DNA of 64,000 nt from Nemertoderma westbladi (GCA_032718475.1 JAUCBJ010002425.1:1-64000); one strand, 5' to 3'; positions 37,123-50,201 are shown, counted from the stretch's first letter. Numbers and translations are program-made. The notes: a model not told the origin generated them from the sequence alone.

Positions 37123-37407
37123 TCAATATTAAAAGTTGTCGATGACAATAACACTGAAATACATTTATTGTTATAATACAAATACCTAACTGCCTAAATG
37201 TGTTAGTGTCTAACTCAACTGGCGATAGTAGTCAACTATTACATTTAAATTTCCCTCCATGGAATCATTCAGTCAATGTTCCTTCCGGGACCCGCTTGTG
37301 GCATACAGCTGTACAGAAATAGTTCATTAGGCCTACTACAGCAGTACAGTACTGCAGTACTGCCTACAGAAGTAGTTTGAATACTCAGATACTGGAATAA
37401 GGAAATT

Positions 37408-38136
37408 ATGAAAACACGAGGTCGAAGTAAGACTGCCGTACCGGTACCGGAATGTGTTTCTGCTTCTACCAAATCAGGTAGCAATTCCGGTGCCGGTAAC
37501 AAGAAACGTAGTTCCGTAGGGAATCCAAACGACCACGAACGCCGTAGAAAACAATATGCATCGTCAACGCTTAAACGGAGATGTCGCCATATTGACGAAC
37601 TGGAAAACACAAGGACAAGGACAACCCCCTTATCGAACCATTTCCATGGAGCCCTTTTTACCGACTCGATGAACAGCATCGATTCGCCGTTGGGAATTGC
37701 AGGACCTAATAAATCCTCGACCCCGTTTGATGTTTTAAAATCATCGCGATTTAATAGACTCTCCGATTCCGCGTTTGGATTTGTATCTCACGACAATTCT
37801 TTGGAGTTAATCAGCGCTGGACTGAACCTCACCCCAGATGCGTCAAAACTGCCCGCCGAGTCTGGGATGAACAAGAATCCGAGATCGGAATTTATCGTGG
37901 ATACCGATACTGAATCTCGCGAACCCGCTACAAAGAACGCCGACGAAAACTTTGTGCTTTTTCGCACTCCGACCCAGAAAGGCAAAGCCGGTGGAAGTAA
38001 AGGGAAACGAAAGACTAACAACAGAAAGAGAAAGGAGAAATCGGTTAAATTTATAACAGAAACTGGTGATGATGAAATGGAAGAGTTTAAGAGACATCTA
38101 GCAGACTGTAACGAATACCAACTTCATATCGCTTGA
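37408..38136 (+). CDS. CDCA5: Sororin (CDCA5)/Dalmatian-like cohesin regulator, intronless, 242 aa
   Basis: Disordered Ser/basic protein with SSTP, an FGF motif (SAFGFV), a Lys-rich patch and a C-terminal DEMEEFKRHLADCNEYQLHIA that patterns like the sororin C-terminal motif. Confidence 0.65.
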   Translation: MKTRGRSKTAVPVPECVSASTKSGSNSGAGNKKRSSVGNPNDHERRRKQYASSTLKRRCRHIDELENTRTRTTPLSNHFHGALFTDSMNSIDSPLGIAGPNKSSTPFDVLKSSRFNRLSDSAFGFVSHDNSLELISAGLNLTPDASKLPAESGMNKNPRSEFIVDTDTESREPATKNADENFVLFRTPTQKGKAGGSKGKRKTNNRKRKEKSVKFITETGDDEMEEFKRHLADCNEYQLHIA

Positions 38137-39069
38137 TAATCGCTGAAGTCACTTTAAATGTTTAATTAATAGTCCTACTGGTAATTATTGAGCATGTGAA
38201 TTTGAATTTTTTTGTTTTATGTTTTGTTATTATGTTTGTTTTTTGTTCTCATCTCATTTATAGTTTTTAGTAGTTTTGTAACTCGATGTTATATTTAGTA
38301 TATACTGCATTGACCCGTAATATATTGATTAGTTTAGAGGCAGAAGTTGCCTTTTATTTTTGTAGTTAAAATCGTGGCTAATCTTTACATTAGCCGCCAC
38401 TACGAGTTTTCGATATCTCAATAAAGGTCGCATTGTAATGTTTCCTCATGTGATCCGGCGTTCAACATTAATTAATTAATTACATGGATAATAATAGCGT
38501 TTTCCCCTTAGAGCCCTTGTCGCTGTTCGGCTGAGGCTGACCCTTCCTCGAGTTATTATACTGTTATTTTGCGGTTATTTTTCATACAAAACGTAATTTT
38601 ATTTTTAAAATCCCCTTTCTTTCTTTCCTTTTATTTTAATGCGGGAAGATTTTCAGCTACTTGGAATGGGAGTTGAGTTGGTTGGAGAGGGGGGGGGGGG
38701 GGGGGTACTGACTTAATAGGCAGTGTAGAATTTGTTCTCGTCAAATTATGTCAGCTGGGAATTAATCGAATTGAATTATTCTAACCTATTACACAAATCA
38801 TCTACCCTCATTAACGTCCTACACATTATCTGCAGGAATATGATCGGCAATATTTAAATATTACAAAATATCTTTGAATCTCCCACATCATTACTGGTTT
38901 ATAATCCTTGCAGCGCAATCATTCTAGTGATACTTATTATTTACTTTTACAAAAGGCGCTATATTTTAACTTGAAATATTTTAAAATTTAATTAAATCCT
39001 GTAGATATTGGGGGGAGAAGTGTCTGCAGAAACTAGTACTATTACGGATTTAGGGGCTATGGTGTACAT

Positions 39070-40249
39070 TAGGGATGCGACAGAGCTAAAATTTCATCCG
39101 GAGCCGGAGCCCGGAGGTTTCTCCGGATTACAATATGAGCTCCGGCCGGAGACGGAGCCGGAGCCGGATGTTTGGTGATTGATAATGCAGGTGTATTATT
39201 ATAGTAGACATAGACAGATATGTGTTCATGAGACATGGGGGGGGGGGGGGTTGATGCAATTTCTTACGCGGTGAAGTAATATCTCGCCTCAATGTTAAAT
39301 TATCAATTAAGGGAAATGAGCAGTTTACAGTCGCACACTATTCTAATCAAAACAATATACTAACTATATTCAATATAACAGGTTACATTTTTTTGGGGAG
39401 AAATCAGCAGTTATTTGCTCAATTTTCCCCTGGAGAGGGAAGGTATGAATTTATATTGCGTCCAAAGACTCCCTGCTGTAAAATGGTACATCAACCAATG
39501 GGTACCTGTGACGAAGCCAAAAAACTATATTGGGGGGGGGGGGGGGGGGGGGGTGCTACTCTACCGACATCAAAACAGGACATTATTATGACCATCATTA
39601 ATTACGTCTATAATTTATGTCAGGTAATTCGTCATAGGTCCTATGGTCGTTAGGTCCTGTGACATAATGTCCTTCGACAATAGATCCTTAGTTACAACAG
39701 CTATGATTACTAGTATAAAATTAATCTGTAACATGTGCTATCGAGTCTCGTTTATTGTTTTGGTTACAATAATACCGGTCCGTTACTATATAACCTGCAC
39801 CATTCTCGACTGAAGAAACAAAATGAACAGTACCAGCCTGTTGTGGATGGGGGGTGGGGGTCAGTGGAATTGGGGTTCTAGACTGACGAACGAAACGATA
39901 GTAGCCTACATGTATTTAAGATTTTTTAATTAGGGAAGAATATTAATTGAATTAACTGAATCATTTCAATGTTTTTGTTCAAACATTTAAACAATTTCAC
40001 AAGGGGGGTGGGGGTTATCAGGAAACTTAAAAAAACAAGCTGTAAATTACTTAATGAGTTATTATGTTAATTACTATGATATTTACATTATTCATACATC
40101 AGAAAAACTTATTATTTTAATTCGAATTTAAACAATATAAGCTCCGGATTGGCTCCGGGTTAATTTGCCCGGAGCCGGAACCAGATCCGGAACTAGAAAA
40201 TTGGCCCGGAGCTCCGGGTTTCCGGAGCCGGAGCTCTGTCGCATCCCTA
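39070..40249. mobile_element. hAT-family MITE
   Basis: TIR TAGGGATGCGACAGAGCT; 8-bp TSD GTGTACAT at 39062-39069 and 40250-40257; subterminal (GCCGGA)n motifs. Confidence 0.93.
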
Positions 40250-42105
40250 GTGTACATACAATCAGAAATGGGTTACTTTACTTACAATACAGCCGATTTA
40301 CAAACCATATTATTATTTTATAATTACCTTTAATTAATAATTATTATTGTTACCTTTATTGAAAACTCACTGAAAAGTATTATTGTTACCCTTTATTTAG
40401 GTATACTTTTGTACCACATACCTTTGTTTGTATAATATATCAGTGGTCCTTGGGTTCGTTTATTGTAGCGCATCTCACACTAGTTAGAAAACTTTAACTC
40501 GTACTTTTCGAAATAGCGATGTCGTAACCATTCTCGATGTTCTCAGTGTTTTTTTGCGCCCTTTTGCCCCTTTTCCACCCAGATAGTGGCGCATATTGAC
40601 CGCAAGTGAAAATTGTAATCTTCAGCGCAAATTTACCGCAAGGTAAATAAAGTCTCGTTTATTGTTTTGGTTAGAAAACACTGCCACAAAACACTCCTTT
40701 CCCTTAATGTTTTAAATTAAATACATTTTTCAAACCCACGAAACACACATTTGGTGGGTCCTTTTGCGCCATTGACTCTGCCCAGTGCCCACATATATGT
40801 AATATGTCATATATGTAATTATTACCAATCGTTGAATATTGAATTTATCAATGTTTACTGATTTCTGGCGACAATTATATTTTTTGTCAGCATTCATCAT
40901 TACAAAGTAGTCGAATTTTGTTTAAATTTTAATTTGTTTGTATTTTTAATATAGTTTTATATCATTATTAATATATTGATCACTTATAAATTAAAACAAC
41001 CAATAATATTAAAGTTTTATTGTTCGTGTGACTACTGTAATTCAAATGTACTAAAATGACTAATTTAACAAAGTAACTTAAACAACCCCCCCCCCCCCCC
41101 CTCACCCCCTCCGCCCCAAACGGTATAAACTTGGCGTCGGAAGCAAGCTTATAAGGCACCTTACGTAGTCAAAAATAACTGAATCCATTACATTAGTTCG
41201 CGTTTCATTCTGGTTAGGAATATATGAATCATACCATAGAAATTTAATCCTATTTTGTAAGTAAATAAGAATGCAATATCCTTTAAATTTATAAATAGTA
41301 TGACATTGGTGACTGGACTGGACATGGTGCCTGAGACCAGATAGATTGGGCTCATGTCCTACGAAAGAGATGCAGATGAACATTCTTTTTGGGGCCTGTG
41401 TTATGATTGAGGAATTGATTACATTGGAAGTGGAAGAGATTTTGTGTCAAGTCGAGTTGCAATATCATTATATTTGTACATAAAAGTTAGACATCGAAAT
41501 ACAGGTTCGTGGGACCGAGGTAAGACAAGGTAAGCAAACTTACTTATGGGTACCACTGCCCGGGCAACGGAGAACTATTTAGTCCCCTCACGAAAATTAT
41601 ATATCAGTCTTTTAACAGACTACATGCGTGTATCAAGTTTAAGTTTAGTTATTAAACAAACATTTGTCGACAGAAAGTCCGACTAACAGACAAGTACTAA
41701 CAGTGTGGTACAATGCGAGGCCAATTTAGTATGGGGTGAACTTTTTAATTTAATATATTGAATTTGGTTGCTAAATTTTTAATCTTTCTCAAAATTATTA
41801 TTCCAAGCAATTTTTTTTCGTAAATTGTTTTATTGAAGTGCCATTGTTAAAGTATTTTAACATATCACACAATGGTATTCTTGTTTTTATCGTTATTTTT
41901 GTTGTTATTATTGTTTTTATAATTATTATTGTGTCTCTGTTTGCAGAAGGCCGTTCTTATTACATTTAACTGCTTCCTTTCCCGACCCGATATACCTGCA
42001 ACGTTTTCACTGTTTTTAATATTGTTCAAAACGAAACTTTTTTACAAATATAACAATAAGTTATTATCAATCTCATATATTGACTAAATTATTAGTATTG
42101 TTTAC

Positions 42106-42313
42106 CTGTAGGGTCAATTATTTGAATTTGTTTTCTTTCTGCATGACTTTGCTGCTCGTCCGAATTTCCCATTGGGTTTAATTGGGACGCAGACAATCTG
42201 TTGCGCCATCTTGCGATAACAAACTCGTATTGGTCTTCTGAAGTGCTAAAGACTTCTTTGCACGCACTGAAGAGCATTGATCCAGGTACACTCTTGCCCA
42301 AAGACAATGACAT
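42106..42313 (-). CDS. Possible first coding exon of an unidentified gene
   Basis: ATG-initiated, non-repetitive 69-codon stretch with coding-like composition, ending at a donor-like ACAG|GTAAAC; no downstream exon found. Confidence 0.3.
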
Positions 42314-42975
42314 TCAGAAATATATTTTATAAACATTTAAAATAATTACAATAATTCTTAGTATTTTTTACGTTTGGGTTTTACGCCATAAACACATTAA
42401 GTACCGGTAATTTATAACAACATGTTATATTCCTAGACCAAATAAGCTATTAGCGTTGGTGATTTCCAATGTTGAGGGTTTTATAATCTTCACTTTATAT
42501 TTCTCGATAAAGTTGATAAATGCTCGAACGTGGTTGGCTGGCGGGACGTGGCATGTTGCCTATCCTTACTATTATATTGTTAAAGGAAAAATGTATAAAG
42601 TTTTTTCGAATGATTGAAGAGGATCTCATTGTAGTGGCCCACCCAATCAGCTGTTGTTTTACTTGGTTCGGCAGTTAGTGTTGTGAGTCGGATTTGCACT
42701 TTATTGGCTCATATGATTAATTAAACATTTTCTTGAGATTGCTTCTTCAGATAATGTACACTTATTGGGAGCTGTTCCAATCAAAATAGGGTAATTTAAA
42801 TCTCCTCTATACATTTAAGCAATAAAACAACTATTATGTAAGCGGAAATAAATATATGCAAGCTAGCAAAACAAATACTAATTAATTGACCAATCAATGT
42901 GTGGAAAAGTGGGGAAAACTTTATTGTAAGATTTTTTATAACACAATAGCTATATCTATTAGATGAATTGTTGTT

Positions 42976-43284
42976 GGGTGGGGTGACGGCGAATTAAATA
43001 TATGTTATGATATTGCTCTCCATATAGCGAAAAATATCAACCGAACCTATTGGGGCTCGAACCCGGTACCTAGGTATCAAACTTCCCGTTATCATCAGGG
43101 GGGGTGTGTGTCCTAAGACAACTGAGCTACAAGGACGGATGAAGAAATATTTCGCTATGAAGTGGGCTATCATATTTAGGTAGTTGTAATGGGTTATCCA
43201 GTCACTATAAGGAAAGTACAACGTGTTTGCTATGGAGAGCATTATCATAGCATAATATATATTTAATTCGCCGTCACCCCACCC
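42976..43284 (-). mobile_element. Small foldback element enclosing a tRNA-like A/B-box unit with a degenerate hammerhead core; partial inverted copy at ~43380-43507
   Basis: TIR GGGTGGGGTGACGGCGAATTAAATATAT. On the minus strand: A box TAGCTCAGTTG (43119-43129), CTGATGA (43092-43098), B box GGTTCGAGCCC (43053-43063). Confidence 0.7.
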
Positions 43285-45344
43285 CACATACGGGGTATCA
43301 GTGGTTTCTACAACACTGAAAATAGTTTTTCTTTGAGGCATGGTTGACATTTCTGGCAGAGTACGGGAAAAACGTTATACTTTCCTTAGAGTGACTGAAA
43401 AAGGCCTAAATATGATAACCCACTCCATAGCGTTCTAATTACTCATCCGTCCTCATCAGAGGTCTTAGGACACACACCCGGCTGATGATAACCGGAAATT
43501 TGAAACTCAATAAAATTTCGACCGACCGGTATACTTCACATGCGCCACTCGAGTTAGGCGATATACTGTAGTCAAGTGTCCCTGGTAAGTCGGCGAAGTT
43601 GCCAGGGTGAGGTCAATGACATTTGTTATTTATATTTCTTCATGTAATGAATAGCGGGTATCCTATAGAATACCCATTCATTAATAAATTTTATAAATTG
43701 TAAGTTTGTTTACTGTACTTCACAAAAGTAAAACTCGCAGATGGTTCATTTGGTATTCATTAAACAGCACTCGTCCCATGATTTCTTATCGTAACTTAGT
43801 AGCAAAATATTCTAATCCATCAGATGGTAACATTTATGTTTCACTCCAACCACCGACGGTGGCTATAAGGTACTGTAGGTCAATTATGATAAACACCGGA
43901 CCAGCTCCTAAGCTCGTAAAGTGAGCATATCGTATAAACGACGACCCACTTCTTTACCGCCGCGTATAATATTTACGATTTACACGTGGCAAATCCAACT
44001 TCGCGTCCTGGGAAAACAGATAAAGAACGATAGGACAGCCAACACACGAAGCTTGTGGCGTCGTACTAGAGCTAATGACACCCACCGCTGGGAGAGTTTA
44101 TCTGCATATAAAAGATCGCCCATCTTCCTCTACTAATTATTTACGGAATGATTAAATTGAGGACCTTAGTAACGGACGTTTCTAATGTTATCTACCTGAA
44201 TGACACAGAGTATAATTTGTCGCCGGGTTACTAAATCAATTGCCCCCTCCTGTTTATATAAATTGAAAACGGAAACTTATCATGTACTTAATTAGCTATA
44301 CGAAACGAAAAAATCGAATTGAGATGGTTTCTAACTGTGAACAATAATGTAGGCCTACCTGTCTGTATGTATAGGCCTACTACTGTATTATAGTGCGCCG
44401 TGAATTTGGTAAATAACAGTGTTCTAACCTAAATCGATTACCTTTGCTATTGTGGGCCGAGTGGAGCGAGTCAAAAAGTTTAGCACGAACCACAATAGGA
44501 ATTGTCAGTTCGTCTGCCTGCCTGACCTGTTCAATGTTTGAATGTCACATTATCTGGGTGACAGTCGATAACGCCCCCCCGGCTCTAACGCCCCAGATTG
44601 TAGTGGTCTCTGTATTTGTGTGGAACAGACTTAGACAGCTGACCGATTTGTTTACAAATCATATAGATTGTATAAATTGTATAGATTGCATTTGCATACA
44701 CCATGTCCCAGAATATAGTGTCGTAGTAATTCAGTGACACGCCCCCCCCCCCCCCCCCCCCCCCTAATTTTTCTACAAATCTTAATGAGATTGCATGACA
44801 TTTGAAAGATATAGTTTCACCTCCCGATCACTGACTGGGTGAGCCAGAATTTTTATTTTTGCTTTTAATCTTTAGCTACAAACGTTTAAAAAAGTGTCTC
44901 CGGTTCCAGTTTTAATTCCAATGTTTCAGGTGTGGGGCGAGCCACGTAGTTGGCGAAGAATCTGCTTAATATATTAGGTGGATGGGTAAAATAGTAATTG
45001 TAAATAACTAGCCCAAACAACGAACGCCCAACCTCTTAAACCCAAACAATTCAATTCAATTCAATTGTGAATGAATGGGAGATAATATATAATTAATATT
45101 AATATAATAATTAATAATATATCATATAATTTTCTACAACGGGGGGGGGGGGGGGGGGGGGTGTGGTCCGGGGGCCCAGATGGTATCGTCGCGTTACGGC
45201 TAATGTCGCGTTACGGGTAATCTATTTTCTTGGTTTTACATAGGGAATCATTATCAATATTATTCTACGGTGTTTACGTAGGCTACAGATGAGGTCCGAA
45301 AAATGTTATGTAATAATGTTTTACAGCATATACTCATGATTAAT

Positions 45345-46302
45345 ATATATTTCAAATTGTGTAATTATACTTTTAATTTATTAATAATAATTCGTTTTTA
45401 AAAAAAAGACAGAAGGGTTTTAAAATTATTTACAATTATTGTTGACCCTGACCCACCCCCAAATAATGGCAATACGCAAAGGTTTTGCCTAATATATGGC
45501 TATCCCCACATTGGAACGCATTGGAACTAAGTTCGCTTCATTGGAACTAAGTTCGCTTCATTGGAACTAAGTTCGTATCCATTGGAACTAAATTAGCTTG
45601 CATTGGAGCTAAATTCGTATCCATTGTCGAACTAAATTCGCTTGCATTGGAACTAAACTCGCATGCATTTGAACTAAGTTTGTTTTGATATTCTGGAATT
45701 GGAACTAAGTTCGCCTCGATTGGAACTAAGTTCGCTTTATAAAATTTATTTTGGAACTAAATTCGTTTCAATTGGAACTAAGTTCGCTTTGAAATGTGCG
45801 ATTGGAACTAAGTTTGTGCTACGAGTTCGTACTAAGTTCGTACGGTAGCACGAACTTAGTTCCAATCGCACATTTCCAAGGCGAACTTGGTCCCAATGGA
45901 AACGAATTGAGTTCCAAAATAAATTCTATAAAGCAAACTTGGTTCCAATCGAGGCGAACTTAGTTCCAATCCCAGAATATCAAAACGAATTTAGTTCCAA
46001 TGGATGCGAATTTAGTTCCACTGGAAGCGAATTTAGTTCAAATGTATGCGAATTGAAATCCAATGGATGCGAACTTAGTTTCAATGGATACAAACTTAGT
46101 TCCAAAGCAAGCGAATTTAGTTCCAATGTTTCAATCGTGGGGTTAGCCACGTAGTAGGCGAAACCTCTGCGTATTGCCATTATTTGGGGGTGGGTCAGGG
46201 TCAACAATAATTGTAAATAATTATTATAAAACCCTTCTGACATTTTTTAAAAACGAATTATTATTAGTGAATTAAAAGTATAATTACACATTTTGAAATA
46301 TA
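45345..46302. repeat. ~480-bp inverted repeat whose inner halves are ~21-bp ATTGGAACTAAGTTCG arrays
   Basis: The arms are visibly reverse-complementary about ~45830. In addition, 44928-45085 is an inverted copy of 50176-50369. Confidence 0.85.
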
Positions 46303-46459
46303 TCAATTACACCAATTACAATAGTACTTATTTGGGTTAGGTGGATGGGCGTTGTTTGGGTTAGATTCGTTAGAAGGTTAGGTGTAGTTTGTGTTAAGAG
46401 CTTCGGCGTTGTTTTTTTTACTATGAATATCATTTTAAATGATTAAACATAATTGAATT

Positions 46460-49400
46460 TAGCAGCTTGGTCTAGTGGTGACATTCATGGGTTCCCAATT
46501 AGGAAGCCCTGGTTCGAACCCTAGATGGGGCAGCACTGTTTGGGCGCAGTGCTTTAAATGCTGCAGCCTAGCCCAACCCTGGCTTTCATCATGGGAACCA
46601 TAAATGGGAACCAAGGCAACTTGGGAAACAGAGTGGAAGGGTTTACTGTGGAAGATCACCCATGGTGGTGAACAGGCATTCCTTTAGGAAACAGAGTGGA
46701 AGGGTTTACTGTGGAAGATCACCCATTGTGGTGAACAGGCATTCCTTTAGGAAACAGAGTGGAAGGGTTTACTGTGGAAGATCACCCATGGTGGTGAACA
46801 GGCATTCCTCTAGGAAACAGAGTGGAGGGTTTACTGTGGAAGATCACCCATGGTGGTGAACAGGCATTCCTTTAGGAAACAGAGTGGAAGGGTTTACTGT
46901 GGAAGATCACCCATGGTGGTGAACAAGCATTCCTTTAGGAAACAGAGTGGAAGGGTTTACTGTGGAAGATCACCTATGGTGGTGAACAGGCATTCCTTTA
47001 GGAAACAGAGTGGAAGGGTTTACTGTGGAAGATCACCCATGGTGGTGAACAGGCATTCCTTTAGGAATCAGAGTGGAAGGGTTTACTGTGGAAGATCACC
47101 CATGGTGGTGAACAGGTATTCCTTTATTAAACAGAGTGGGAGGGTTTATACTGTGGAAGATCACCCATGGTGGTGAACAGGCATTCCTTTAGGAAACAGA
47201 GTGGAAGGGTTTACTGTGGAAGATCACTCATGGTGGTGAACAGGCATTCCTTTATTAAACAGAGTGGGAGGGTTTATACTGTGGAAGATCACCCATGGTG
47301 GTGAACAGGCATTCCTTTAGGAAACAGAGTGGAAGGGTTTACTGTGGAAGATCACCCATGGTGGTGAACAGGCATTCCTTTAGGAAACATAGTGGAAGGG
47401 TTTACTGTGGAAGATCACCCATGGTGGTGAACATGCATTCCTCTAGGAAACATAGTGGAGGGTTTACTGTGGAAGATCACCCATGGTGGTGAACAGGCAT
47501 TCCTTTAGGAAACAGAGTGGAAGGGCTTACTGTGGAAGATCACCCATGGTGGTGAACAGGCATTCCTCTACGAAACAGAGTGAAGGGTTTACTGTGGAAG
47601 ATCACCCATGGTGGTGAACAGGCATTCCTTTAGGGAACAGAGTGGAAGGGTTTACTGTGGAAGATCACCCATGGTGGTGAACAGGCATTCCTCCAGGAAA
47701 CAGAGTGGAGGGTTTACTGTGGAAGATCACCCATGGTGGTGAACAGGCATTCCTTTAGGAAACAGAGTGGAAGGGTTTACTGTGGAAGATCACCCATGGT
47801 GGTGAACAGGCATTCCTTTAGGAAACAGAGTGGAAGGGTTTACTGTGGAAGATGACCCATGGTGGTGAACAGGTATTCCTTATTAAACAGAGTGGGAGGG
47901 TTTATACTGTGGAAGATCACCCATGGTGGTGGACCGGCATTCCTTTATGAAACAGAGTGGAAGGGTTTACTGTGGAAGATCACCCATGGTGGTGAACAGG
48001 CATTCATTTGGGAAACAGAGTGGAAGGGTTTACTGTGGAAGATCACCCATGGTGGTGAACAGGCATTCCTTTAGGAAACAGAGTGGAAGGGTTTACTGTG
48101 GAAGATCACCCATGGTGGTGAACAGGCATTCCTCTAGGAAACAGAGTGGAGGGTTTACTGTGGAAGATCACCCATGGTGGTGAACAGGCATTCCTTTAGG
48201 AAACAGAGTGGAAGGGTTTACTGTGGAAGATCACCCATGGTGGTGAACAGGCATTCCTCCAGGAAACAGAGTGGAGGGTTTACTGTGGAAGATCACCCAT
48301 GGTGGTGAACAGGCATTCCTTTAGGAAACAGAGTGGAAGGGTTTACTGTGGAAGATCACCCATGGTGGTGAACAGGCATTCCTTTAGGAAACAGAGTGGA
48401 AGGGTTTACTGTGGAAGATCACCCATGGTGGTGAACAGGCATTCCTTTAGGAAACAGAGTGGAAGGGTTTACTGTGGAAGATCACCCATGGTGGTGAACA
48501 GGTATTCCTTTATTAAACAGAGTGGGAGGGTTTATACTGTGGAAGATCACCCATGGTGGTGGACCGGCATTCCTTTATGAAACAGAGTGGAAGGGTTTAC
48601 TGTGGAAGATCACCCATGGTGGTGAACAGGCATTCATTTAGGAAACAGAGTGGAAGGGTTTACTGTGGAAGATCACCCATGGTGGTGAACAGGCATTCCT
48701 TTAGGAAACAGAGTGGAAGGGTTTACTGTGGAAGATCATCCATGGTGGTGAACAGGCATTCATTTAGGAAACAGAGTGGAAGGGTTTACTGTGGAAGATC
48801 ACCCATGGTGGTGAACAGGCATTCCTTTAGGAAACAGAGTGGAAGGATTTACTGTGTAAGTTCACCCATGGTGGTGAACAGGCATTCCTATAGGAAACAG
48901 AGTGGAAGGGTTTACTGTGGAAGATCATCTATGGTGGTGAACAGGTATTCCTTTATTAAACAGAGTGGGAGGGTTTATACTGTGGAAGATCACCCATGGT
49001 GGTGGACCGGCATTCCTTTATGAAACAGAGTGGAAGGGTTTACTGTGGAAGATCACCCATGGTGGTGAACAGGCATTCATTTAGGAAACAGAGTGGAAGG
49101 GTTTGCTGTGGAAGATCACCCATGGTGGTGAACAGGCATTCCTTTAGGAAACAGAGTGGAAGGGTTTACTGTGGAAGATCACCCATGGTGGTGAACAGGC
49201 ATTCATTTAGGAAACAGAGTGGAAGGGTTTACTGTGGAAGATCACCCATGGTGGTGAACAGGCATTCCTTTAGGAAACAGAGTGGAAGGGTTTACTGTGG
49301 AAGATCATCCATGGTGGTGAACAGGCATTCATTTAGGAAACAGAGTGGAAGGGTTTACTGTGGAAGATCACCCATGGTGGTGAACAGGCATTCCTTTAGG

Positions 49401-50201
49401 AAACAGAGTGGAAGGATTTACTGTGTAAGTTCACCCATGGTGGTGAACAGGCATTCCTTTAGGAAACAGTGTGGAAGGGTTTACTGTGGAAGATCACCCA
49501 TGGTGGTGAACAGGTATTCCTTTATTAAACAGAGTGGGAGGGTTTATACTGTGGAAGATCACCCATGGTGGTGGACCGGCATTCCTTTATGAAACAGAGT
49601 GGAAGGGTTTACTGTGGAAGATCACCCATGGTGGTGAACAGGCATTCATTTAGGAAACAGAGTGGAAGGGTTTGCTGTGGAAGATCACCCATGGTGGTGA
49701 ACAGGCATTCCTTTAGGAAACAGAGTGGAAGGGTTTACTGTGGAAGATCACCCATGGTGGTGAACAGGCATTCATTTAGGAAACAGAGTGGAAGGGTTTA
49801 CTGTGGAAGATCACCCATGGTGGTGAACAGGCATTCCTTTAGGAAACAGAGTGGAAGGATTTACTGTGTAAGTTCACCCATGGTGGTGAACAGGCATTCC
49901 TTTAGGAAACAGAGTGGAAGGGTTTACTGTGGAAGATCACCCATGGTTGTGGAACGGCATTCCTTTAAGAAACAGAGTGGAAGGGTTTACTGCGGAAGAT
50001 CACCCATGGTGGTGAACAGGCATTCCTTTAGGAAACAGAGTGGAAGGGTTTATTGTGGAAGATCACCCATGGTTGTGAACAGGCATTCCTTTATGAAACA
50101 GAGTGGAAGGGTTTACTGCGGAAGATCACCCATGGTTGTGAACAGGCATTCATTGGCTTAATGAGCCTAAAATAATCTCCCATTCATTCACAATTGCATT
50201 C
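46460..50201 (+). mobile_element. tRNA-derived SINE whose internal segment has expanded into a minisatellite
   Basis: A box TGGTCTAGTGG (46468-46478), B box GGTTCGAACCC (46511-46521), (CATT)n-type tail at ~50180, candidate TSD AATTGAATT at 46451 and 50202. Confidence 0.7.
46624..50151. repeat. 63-bp minisatellite, ~56 copies
   Basis: Unit GGAAACAGAGTGGAAGGGTTTACTGTGGAAGATCACCCATGGTGGTGAACAGGCATTCCTTTA, with 62- and 64-bp variants. Confidence 0.97.

Larger units (their letters stand above)
35957..37299. mobile_element. TIR element with ~120-bp TIRs and 8-bp TSD, containing a C2H2 zinc-finger ORF fragment
   Basis: TIR ACAAGCGGGTCCCGGAAGGAAC...; TSD GGCATACA at 35949-35956 and 37300-37307. Confidence 0.9.

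Noticed and set aside
46624-50151. CRISPR-like array (also considered for 3270-3800 and 57172-59446)
   Set aside because: Head-to-tail repeats with no unique spacers, no cas genes, and a eukaryotic context.
46662-50161. Repetitive MVVNRHSFRKQSGRVYCGRSP ORFs
   Set aside because: By-product of a 63-bp unit length; frequent 62- and 64-bp units break the frame.
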